Shown here: positions 9,201-16,054 of the stretch, piece by piece
Layout of the letters: every line of letters begins with the position of its first letter
Numbering within the stretch: the first letter of the stretch is position 1
IMG/VR virus record: IMGVR_UViG_3300027815_000008
DNA: 20,000 nt
Reading direction: 5' to 3' (one strand)
DNA from: an uncultured virus (IMG/VR IMGVR_UViG_3300027815_000008)
Lineage: Duplodnaviria > Heunggongvirae > Uroviricota > Caudoviricetes
Program-made: the position numbers and the translations under genes
The notes under the pieces: generated by a model
What the model was told of the DNA's origin: nothing
Database searches by the model: none
What the model saw: the letters and a program-made list of their open reading frames with translations, nothing else

Positions 9201-9534
9201 GGTCCACCTCCATCAGTGTCCTGTCTGCCGGGTACGGCATCTGCGATAACTCGATCTGCAATGCCTGAACAAGTTTCTGCAAGACCTCCAGTACCAGCCC
9301 GTAGTGAACCGGCCGGTTCGCGTGCTTGATCACCGGCAACTCCGCGTTATTGTTCGTGATCTTGATGGTTACCTCGGCATCAAGTTTATCAGGCAACGCA
9401 GAAGCTAATGAGGCGGGGTCAGCAAGAAGGCGTTGAAGTGCCGTACGCTGCTCGGGGGTAAGGTTGTTGACCATCGTCATCACTTCAACGGGTGCCGGCC
9501 CGTTCGAGGGCTTGACCTTCGGGATCTTGTGCAT
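9181..9534 (-). CDS. Hypothetical protein (117 aa)
   Basis: AAAGGAG RBS before ATG; co-oriented and closely spaced with its neighbours. Confidence 0.75.
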   Translation of the reverse strand: MHKIPKVKPSNGPAPVEVMTMVNNLTPEQRTALQRLLADPASLASALPDKLDAEVTIKITNNNAELPVIKHANRPVHYGLVLEVLQKLVQALQIELSQMPYPADRTLMEVDRGGQPS

Positions 9535-9555
9535 CGAGTTCTCCTTTACGTACGG

Positions 9556-11664
9556 TTAAGTAGCCTTGGATTTGCGGTGATACCTATACCACAGCTTGAA
9601 ATCTGGATCCAAGGCTTCGTGGAACTTGATTACGTTACGGGCGGTTGGCCGCGTACCAGGCAGGTCGGATACGATATCAAAGTCATCCCCCGTAGGGTTC
9701 GTATCCGTACCGTAGAGCAGCAACTGCCCGTCGCGTACCACGTCGATCATCGGCTGCCCATCCGGACCGAATGCCACGTTGTATCCCAAGGGTGCCGTAG
9801 TAGTAACGAAGTTGATGTAGAACGCCGTACCTGCCGGGAACCCGGATACGGCGTGCAGCACACGATCCAGACGTACCGGCCCACGCAGATAGGGAGACAA
9901 GTTATCGAGCGCGTCCCCCATCGTTGCTACAGCAGTCGGCGCTTGCCCGGACTGCGTACCGTCGAAAATACTGGGCCCGTTGTAGGTAACGAGCGGCTCG
10001 GCGCCTGCCGTGCCCTGGATGGTGCCAGAGGCGGTCAAGCTGGTAACGGTCGTTGCAGCTGCGGTAAGCGTGCCAGAGATAGCCGCAGAGCCCGCAGTGA
10101 CCGCCCCGGAGACGTTGACGGCCGCAGTAAAGACGTTGGACCAGCGGTCGGCACTGGCTCCCAGCGTCCGTGTGCTGTCGACCGGAGACAAAGAACTGAT
10201 CTTGCCCAGTACCGTGACGGTGTCGGTCGCGGCGTCCCCCAATGTAGTATTCCCGTTGACGGTGAGGTCAGAGCCAACCTGTACTGAGCCGGTCGAGATG
10301 ATCTGGGCACCGGTAATAGTGCCCCCGGCTGCGATGGCTCCCGTAACGTCTACCGTAACGCCGAAGAACGTGCCCCAACGGCTAGCACTCGCAGTGGCGC
10401 CCAGGTGCCGAGTACCCGTCGGGATCAAGTTCGAGGCAATCGAGGCGGTGACGGTCAACGTGTCCGCTGCAGCGTCACCCAGTATGGTGTTGCCGTTGAC
10501 CGTCAGGTCCGTACCGATGACCGCAGTAGCTGTCGTAACAAGCGTACCGGCAGCAACAGGGCCTGTGGTGGTGAACCCACTAGCAACGATCGGTCCCCCT
10601 GCATTGAATCCGGCAGTGATATCCATTGCGCCGGCATAGATAACGCCCCAACGCAGTACGGCTGAGCCCACGTCTACGGTCGCAGTCGTGAGCGGCAAGA
10701 GAGTACTCGTGAACCGACCCGTCACCGCAATCTGGTCGGCGGTACCATCACCCAGGTTGACGTTCCCGTTCAAGCTCGTAGCCCCGGTAACGGTGAGCGC
10801 ACCTAGAGTGAAAGTACCCGTGCCGTCTACGTTGTTGGCTTGGAAGCTGAACGGCTTGTTGACCTTGAGCTTCTGTGCGCCCGCAGCGTTGTCCCAGAAA
10901 AGGCTGGGGTCAACGGTTACACCCGCCGCCTTCAGCGTTACCGACGGGTTACCTGCACCAGCCGCTGCGTTGACGGTGAAATCTAACGATGCGCTTCCCG
11001 GGATAGATGCGGTCGACAGGATTGATAGAGCATCGACCGTGGTCACCCAAAGCTTGTTCAATCTGGCGCCAGAAGTCCCGACCTCAGCAGTGGCGTCGTT
11101 GAACGTCAGCTTCTGCCCATTACCCAGCTTCACACCAAGGTTGGCCGTAACAAGACCAGAGAAAGCCGCATCGACTAGCGTGGCTCCAGCACCTGCCACG
11201 TTCAGGACACCGTTCACCGTCAGCGTCTTACCGCTTGGAACGGTAGCGCCCCCATTGGCCGAGATAAGCCCTTCCACCGTAAGCGCGCCGGTAGAAGCGA
11301 CGAACGACAGCTTGATGGGATCGGTACCCAGTACACCGGACCGCCAGGTCCAGTTCTGACCTCTGGCTTCAACCCCGGAGTAAACCGTCAGGCTACCAGG
11401 GGTCGTAGCGTCCCCGATCTGCGTATCGCCTTGGAATGAAGCGTTTTGTGCTTCCGAGACCGTGACCTGTTTGAAGACCGTAACACCTTGAACGGTCAGG
11501 TTCCCGCGGACGGTGGCGTTACCCCGCAGGTCAAGGTTGGCGTCATTGGTCACACTATCGGTGCCATGAAGCACGACGGAAATAGGTCCGCCGAAGCCGT
11601 GCGTGCTCCCACCGAGCTCGAGCAGGTTACCCTTGATTAGTAGCGGGTTTACACTGGTTCCCAT
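9556..11664 (-). CDS. Beta-rich fibre/decoration-like protein (702 aa)
   Basis: Start moved to ATG 11664, which has a GAGGAG RBS. Three copies of GNxxLGDxxxDxxxVT/L...LxP...(L/V)GxxxxRW and many GxLTVxG motifs. Confidence 0.75.
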   Translation of the reverse strand: MGTSVNPLLIKGNLLELGGSTHGFGGPISVVLHGTDSVTNDANLDLRGNATVRGNLTVQGVTVFKQVTVSEAQNASFQGDTQIGDATTPGSLTVYSGVEARGQNWTWRSGVLGTDPIKLSFVASTGALTVEGLISANGGATVPSGKTLTVNGVLNVAGAGATLVDAAFSGLVTANLGVKLGNGQKLTFNDATAEVGTSGARLNKLWVTTVDALSILSTASIPGSASLDFTVNAAAGAGNPSVTLKAAGVTVDPSLFWDNAAGAQKLKVNKPFSFQANNVDGTGTFTLGALTVTGATSLNGNVNLGDGTADQIAVTGRFTSTLLPLTTATVDVGSAVLRWGVIYAGAMDITAGFNAGGPIVASGFTTTGPVAAGTLVTTATAVIGTDLTVNGNTILGDAAADTLTVTASIASNLIPTGTRHLGATASASRWGTFFGVTVDVTGAIAAGGTITGAQIISTGSVQVGSDLTVNGNTTLGDAATDTVTVLGKISSLSPVDSTRTLGASADRWSNVFTAAVNVSGAVTAGSAAISGTLTAAATTVTSLTASGTIQGTAGAEPLVTYNGPSIFDGTQSGQAPTAVATMGDALDNLSPYLRGPVRLDRVLHAVSGFPAGTAFYINFVTTTAPLGYNVAFGPDGQPMIDVVRDGQLLLYGTDTNPTGDDFDIVSDLPGTRPTARNVIKFHEALDPDFKLWYRYHRKSKAT

Positions 11665-11829
11665 GCTGCGACTCCTCTTTAGGTTCACCCAAGCTTACCG
11701 CAAGCTTCAGCACCCAGTCCAGGGCCAAAACTGGAAACCAGGGCGCAGAACCGCGCCTCCTTTCCGGTATAAGGACTATAGGAGAGAAATGCTCCTCCGG
11801 CACAGCTCCAGCCGGGCCAAAAAAGGAGC

Positions 11830-11857
11830 CCTGTGCGCTGCAACCCCAGCGCACAGG
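11830..11857. promoter_or_regulatory. Perfect 11-bp inverted repeat in the divergent intergenic region (operator or minus-strand terminator)
   Basis: CCTGTGCGCTG-caaccc-CAGCGCACAGG. An A6 run at 11819-11824 gives a U6 tract 5 nt after the stem on the minus strand. Confidence 0.45.
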
Positions 11858-11900
11858 TCATAATCCCGGCGCCCACGACGCCTACAATATCGAGGGGAGA

Positions 11901-12374
11901 GTGACCATGGCCACCACAACGACAGTAATAGAAACCAGGTTCTTGGTGCGAACCCTGGCCCAGGTGGGCCGGGTTTGTCAGTCCCTGGACCAGGCCCTGG
12001 GCCTGGTATGGAGGTGCCGTGAGGCGCAGGGGTCCACCTCCTGGCACCGGGCCAACAACCTCCTTCAGGAGGTGTTAGGAGCGGCGGCACTGAATGTGAT
12101 CATGCAGGGGTTCAACCCCTGCACCCTCAGGGTAGGACCCGATGAGCTGGTCTATAAGACCGGGTCAGGCATAAGCCTGACCGTGTTGCGGGCGGATGTC
12201 CGCCCGGACCTGTGGAGGGTCGAGATCCACATACCAAGAACTAGAAACCGGAGCGTGAGCCTGGCCCTCTGCCGCTCCCCCGGCGGTTGGAAGGAGGTGT
12301 ACCCCACGCCCGTGGCGTGGGGCACCTCCAGGAAAGAGTACCGGCAGGCACTGCTGCTGCTGCAGCACGCCTAG
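11901..12374 (+). CDS. Hypothetical protein (start GTG 11901 or ATG 11907)
   Basis: Purine-rich GAGGGGAGA RBS, with TACAAT at 11883-11888 just upstream. No family recognised. Confidence 0.65.
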   Translation: MTMATTTTVIETRFLVRTLAQVGRVCQSLDQALGLVWRCREAQGSTSWHRANNLLQEVLGAAALNVIMQGFNPCTLRVGPDELVYKTGSGISLTVLRADVRPDLWRVEIHIPRTRNRSVSLALCRSPGGWKEVYPTPVAWGTSRKEYRQALLLLQHA

Positions 12375-12385
12375 CCCCAAAAGGT

Positions 12386-12676
12386 CCCACCCCCACCGGT
12401 CTATCCGGTGGGAAACTCCAGCAACCTCGACTGGATACCTGGTGGGTTAGAGGATGGTTCGATAGGGCCGTAAGGCCCAGCGGGACGAAGTCAAGCATCC
12501 GTGAGGATGGATTGGCTGTTCCCGCCCGCCCATGGCTCTGCAAGCCAACTGAATTGCAGAGGGTGGTGACCAACACCTGCGTAGTTAGAAATCCTGCGTC
12601 CCCCCAAGACAGCAAACCGCTGTGGGATGGATACAGGTTCGGGCACCGGGTAGCCTAGAAATAGACCCGGCATCTT
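12386..12676 (+). ncRNA. Candidate structured non-coding RNA, family not recognised
   Basis: Intergenic segment with at least seven hand-identified stems, three GNRA tetraloops (GUAA, GUGA, GAAA) and long-range closing helices. See finding. Confidence 0.6.
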
Positions 12677-12697
12677 ACACCAAGGAGGTGATTAAGG

Positions 12698-12988
12698 ATG
12701 AAAGCAATCGAGAGGGCCCTGGAATGGGCCCCCCTCCAGCGTCGATTTGACGCGGAGGGCCGGGAGATCCCCCGCTGGTGGGGGATCACCCGGGCAGGGG
12801 AGCCCATAAAATGGGCTCCCAGACCACGGGGGGTTAACCCCGACCAGGGGGATAGAAACACCCCCTGGTATCAGGCGGAGAGCCACCGTCACGTGGACGG
12901 TGGAGTCCACGTCTTCGGCACGCTGGCCGAGGCGATGGACGCATTCCTGGAGGAGTGCGAGGGGCGATCCCCACTCCCCATCAAGTAA
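12698..12988 (+). CDS. Hypothetical Trp-rich protein (96 aa)
   Basis: Near-perfect RBS AAGGAGGTGAT before ATG; immediately followed by terminator-like hairpins. Confidence 0.8.
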   Translation: MKAIERALEWAPLQRRFDAEGREIPRWWGITRAGEPIKWAPRPRGVNPDQGDRNTPWYQAESHRHVDGGVHVFGTLAEAMDAFLEECEGRSPLPIK

Positions 12989-13041
12989 GCACCCGCCTTA
13001 CGAGGCGGGTGCAGGAGAGGGGCTCAGGCCCCTTCTTCTTT
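12989..13041 (+). terminator. Double hairpin between convergent genes; probable intrinsic terminator
   Basis: GCACCCGCCT-tacg-AGGCGGGTGC (10 bp, UNCG-type loop), then AGGGGC-tcag-GCCCCT followed by TCTTCTTT. Confidence 0.7.
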
Positions 13042-13051
13042 GCCCCTGAAC

Positions 13052-13507
13052 TTAATATGCCCAGAAATCCTCATCCCCGATATCCTCGCTGAAGAATGGG
13101 TCTTCTGGCATGAGGCTTCTCGTGCCCCCCTCATACGCCTTGGCATACCCCGTATCGATCAGCCACTGGTTCACAGAGGTCGTTTCCCCGGGCAGGAAGA
13201 CTTCGGCCAGCGTCCGGCCGTACTTCTCGACCTTCAAGACTTTGATTACTAGATCCTGGCCTGTGATGGTTTTGGCGTCCTCGAACGTCGAGACCTCTGT
13301 CCCTGCCAGCCTGGTGGCCAAGGCTATCGTCGACGCCTTTCCTTTTTTTACTACCTCAGGGTCGCCGCGGATCTCCGGGGCATCGATATGAGCCAGCCGG
13401 ATCATGACTTCCAGAGACAAGTCCATCCACAACCCAACACGGACTCTGATCGTGTCAGCATCGTGGACGTAAAGCAGCGTGGCGTTGTACGTGAAGTTGG
13501 GTTTCAT
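13052..13507 (-). CDS. Staphylococcal-nuclease (thermonuclease/SNase) family protein
   Basis: Motifs VHDADTI, IRLAHIDAPE, EKYGRTLAEV and VNQWLIDTGYAKAYEGG match the SNase catalytic layout. Start set at ATG 13507, just after the upstream stop. Confidence 0.9.
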   Translation of the reverse strand: MKPNFTYNATLLYVHDADTIRVRVGLWMDLSLEVMIRLAHIDAPEIRGDPEVVKKGKASTIALATRLAGTEVSTFEDAKTITGQDLVIKVLKVEKYGRTLAEVFLPGETTSVNQWLIDTGYAKAYEGGTRSLMPEDPFFSEDIGDEDFWAY

Positions 13508-13514
13508 GGGACGG

Positions 13515-13922
13515 CTACTTCCCTTGGTACATGGCATTGGGGGCCTGTCGGGCGTCTTGTTGGAAGCCCCCCTTGATAATGATCGGGGGCCTGCTCTCGG
13601 ATCTTCGCAGCAGAGCCTGAAGATCTTCTTTCATGCTGTGCTGGTCTCTGGCCAGGATCTCGACGCGGGCTTTGAGCTGGCCTACGAGTAAGACATCTCG
13701 AAACCACTCTACAGCTGGATCTTTCAAGAAGCTCCACAGGATGCCTGCCACGATGCCAGCTGCCGTGAGAAGGCCGGTCAAAGCCTTCCATTGCTTTTTC
13801 GCCAAGCTCCAGAGCGTGACGCCCCGGAGCCGTTGAATCAGCTCAGGTAGCTCTTCCAAAGCCTTGAGTTTGTCCTCAACGACCGTAAGCCTGGCGCTGG
13901 CTGTAGATGTTTTGGTTGTCAT
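13515..13922 (-). CDS. Small single-TM coiled-coil membrane protein, holin/XhlA-like architecture
   Basis: Coiled coil (RLTVVEDKLKALEE), hydrophobic segment (ALTGLLTAAGIVAGILWSFL), second coiled coil. The holin-like label is inferred from architecture only. Confidence 0.65.
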   Translation of the reverse strand: MTTKTSTASARLTVVEDKLKALEELPELIQRLRGVTLWSLAKKQWKALTGLLTAAGIVAGILWSFLKDPAVEWFRDVLLVGQLKARVEILARDQHSMKEDLQALLRRSESRPPIIIKGGFQQDARQAPNAMYQGK

Positions 13923-13931
13923 CTGAAACCG

Positions 13932-13982
13932 TTACCAGCTTTCAAGACAAGCATCGTAGATGTACGTGAGGTTGGGTTTCAT
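13932..13982 (-). pseudogene. 16-codon mini-ORF that is a remnant copy of the nuclease 5' end
   Basis: MKPNLTYIYDACLESW versus nuclease MKPNFTYNATLLYVHDAD. 13961-13982 matches 13486-13507 at 21/22 nt. Confidence 0.65.
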
Positions 13983-13986
13983 AGGG

Positions 13987-14892
13987 CTATCTCCCAGGGC
14001 TTGAAGTGGGACTTGGTGCCTGCCCCACTCGTAAAGCGTCCCGGATCTCCTGGATATCTTTTCTTTGCTGGGCTTGGTTTACTTGATCTAGCTTTTGCTG
14101 GGCCTGGATTCTATCCATCGTAGGTTTCAGGTCTCCTGTGAGTTGCTGTTTTAACCCAGGGATAACTTCGACACTGGATTGGACTTGTTGCAGCGCCTCG
14201 ATTCCAATACTCAAGAGCAACCCAGTGACCCCTACCAGGAAAAGCAATAGTACGAGAATGCAGCCCTTGAGAAACAGACTTGCCTTCGCCCATTGCCGGC
14301 TGGTGACCGTGGACAAGGTCAAGGCTGCTGCGTCCGAGATAGCCGTAGCTGCCTGTGTCTGAGCCGTACTGGCAACCATACAGGCGCTCGCTGCGGCTTT
14401 GCTACAAACCAAGATACCCTCCTCGATCTTGGCTCTGGACACGGTCTCCGAATCCATGTGAGCAACCAAAGTCTCTGCTAGAGCATCAAACTTGGTCTCC
14501 AACCGCCTGAAACCTGTACGTACGCCGGCCTCTCTGAGCAAACCCCAAAGGAAATCCACGAGCTTGGCGGTATCCAAGACATTCTTGGACAAGATGAGCT
14601 GCCCGGGGATCTTGGGGAGAGGGTCCATCCCAGTAACAAAGACGATCCCGATATGGGGGCTATGACTTCGGACCCAATCCGCCAGCGGGGCGCCCCCCAT
14701 CCCCGACATATTATAGTCCGCCAGGATGGCTCCTACAGGGCTGGCGATATCGGTCTGTTCTATCCGACGCTGAGCGGCCTCCCCACTAGGATGGCACTCG
14801 ACCAAGAAGCCCGCTTCGGTAAGCGTCTTGTTCAGCAGGAAAAGATCGTCGGGCTCGTCGTCAACAAGAAGAACCGTCCAACGTGGGATCAC
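13987..14892 (-). CDS. Receiver (REC) domain + transmembrane helix + coiled-coil protein, paralog 2
   Basis: VLLVDDE, ILADYNMSGMGG (D59), VFVTG (T87), ILSK (K103). TM segment GCILVLLLFLVGVTGLLLSIGI. GTG start overlaps the upstream TGA (GTGA). Confidence 0.85.
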   Translation of the reverse strand: MIPRWTVLLVDDEPDDLFLLNKTLTEAGFLVECHPSGEAAQRRIEQTDIASPVGAILADYNMSGMGGAPLADWVRSHSPHIGIVFVTGMDPLPKIPGQLILSKNVLDTAKLVDFLWGLLREAGVRTGFRRLETKFDALAETLVAHMDSETVSRAKIEEGILVCSKAAASACMVASTAQTQAATAISDAAALTLSTVTSRQWAKASLFLKGCILVLLLFLVGVTGLLLSIGIEALQQVQSSVEVIPGLKQQLTGDLKPTMDRIQAQQKLDQVNQAQQRKDIQEIRDALRVGQAPSPTSSPGR

Positions 14893-15824
14893 GGTATTCG
14901 TGGCTTCTTTGGGGGGTTCACCGGTATGGGGCTAGCCCTGGGCGGGGTATGCGGAGGCTCTTGCAAGTGCTCCAGAACTTGCTTGACGTCATCCCTCATC
15001 CGCTGCTGCCCCTCCTGGAATTTCGTCTGCTGTGTTTCGATTTTGTGAATGGCGGGCTTGATGTCCCGCTGGACCTCTTCCTGGATTTTCAAGATATCCT
15101 GGACCTTGGTGTGGGCATCCCTGGCAAAGTACGACCCCAGCATAAAGATGCTCCCGACCAGCCCTGACACGACAACAACGACAACGCTGCCTGCCCCCCG
15201 GGTCAAGGGATCAAGTCGGTCCCACCATCGTTTGGACACGGTTGCTAGAGTTGTCTCCAACAACTCCTTCTTCAAGTCTACGGACATGTCGTGGGCCGTC
15301 TTGGATACGACGCAAGCTTGCGTGGCTGCAGCGCTGCATACAAGTATGGCTTCTTCGACCCGACTAGACGACGCTGCTGCGGCTACAATATGAACTTTCA
15401 GGGTGTCCGAGAGCCCATCGACTTTTGTTCCTAATTGGGTGAACCCTGACTGGACAATGGCAGCTTTAAGGGCTCCCCAAAGGGAGTCCACCAAGGCATC
15501 CATATCAAGTCCGGTTTTGGCCAGAACACGATAGCCCGGCAATACGGGAAGTGGGTCATCCCCTGTGATGAACACGACCCCTATATGCGGACTGTGATTG
15601 CGGGTCCAGTTGGCCAATGCCAGCCCGCTAAGCCCCGGCATATGAAGGTCCGTGACGAGTACGCCTACTGGGTTGTTATGGTCCGCTTGGGCAATACGGG
15701 CTTTGGCAGCTTCTCCCCCCGTATAGCACTCCACCAGGAACCCGGCCCTCGTAAGCCCTGCCTCAAGGACCTGGCACATGCCGGGGTAATCATCCACGAC
15801 CAGGACTGTCCAAGTGTTTTCCAT
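14889..15824 (-). CDS. Receiver (REC) domain + transmembrane helix + coiled-coil protein, paralog 1
   Basis: VLVVDD, LVTDLHMPGLSG (D59), VFITG (T87), VLAK (K103). TM segment GAGSVVVVVVSGLVGSIFMLGSYF. Pro-rich tail. Confidence 0.85.
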   Translation of the reverse strand: MENTWTVLVVDDYPGMCQVLEAGLTRAGFLVECYTGGEAAKARIAQADHNNPVGVLVTDLHMPGLSGLALANWTRNHSPHIGVVFITGDDPLPVLPGYRVLAKTGLDMDALVDSLWGALKAAIVQSGFTQLGTKVDGLSDTLKVHIVAAAASSSRVEEAILVCSAAATQACVVSKTAHDMSVDLKKELLETTLATVSKRWWDRLDPLTRGAGSVVVVVVSGLVGSIFMLGSYFARDAHTKVQDILKIQEEVQRDIKPAIHKIETQQTKFQEGQQRMRDDVKQVLEHLQEPPHTPPRASPIPVNPPKKPRIP

Positions 15825-15826
15825 GG

Positions 15827-16036
15827 CTACTCCGGGATGTTCTCTGGTTGAAGCTCGTCCAGCATCAAGAGGGCCAGCTGAGCCTCAATAATATCCATCC
15901 TCAACCTCAAGCTTCTCAACGTACTCGAAGCCGCCTCTGCATCCCCACCGGCGATCTGCACGATCATCTCCACCAGCAAAGAGCAGGCTTCTTCGTTTGC
16001 TCTTTGCGCTACTTCGATTACAAACTTTCGGTCCAT
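15827..16036 (-). CDS. Small acidic helical hypothetical protein (69 aa)
   Basis: Fills the gap in the operon, with its stop 2 nt before the REC gene ATG. No strong RBS. Confidence 0.6.
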   Translation of the reverse strand: MDRKFVIEVAQRANEEACSLLVEMIVQIAGGDAEAASSTLRSLRLRMDIIEAQLALLMLDELQPENIPE

Positions 16037-16054
16037 CGCAGGTGGGGCCTAGCC

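Noticed and set aside
1141..11359. Long plus-strand ORFs such as 4390..5502, 6889..7653 and 9433..10287
   Set aside because: Antisense shadows of well-supported minus-strand genes in GC-rich DNA.
12386..12446. Hammerhead ribozyme (three-way junction containing GAAAC)
   Set aside because: No CUGANGA core.
12456..12463. tRNA/tmRNA T-loop (GGTTCGAT)
   Set aside because: No T-stem, acceptor stem or CCA end in the proper positions.
12287..12658. 123-aa plus-strand ORF across the RNA candidate
   Set aside because: TTG start deep inside the upstream gene, no clear RBS and an implausible composition; base-pairing explains the region better.
12386..12676. RNase P RNA (short look-alikes AGCAAACCGC, CCGGGTAG, CCTAGA, ACCCGGC)
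   Set aside because: The universally conserved GAGGAAAGUCC 5' strand of P4 is absent, and ACCCGG pairs locally with CCGGGT instead.
15827..16036. Histidine phosphotransfer partner for the REC proteins
   Set aside because: The 69-aa protein contains no histidine.
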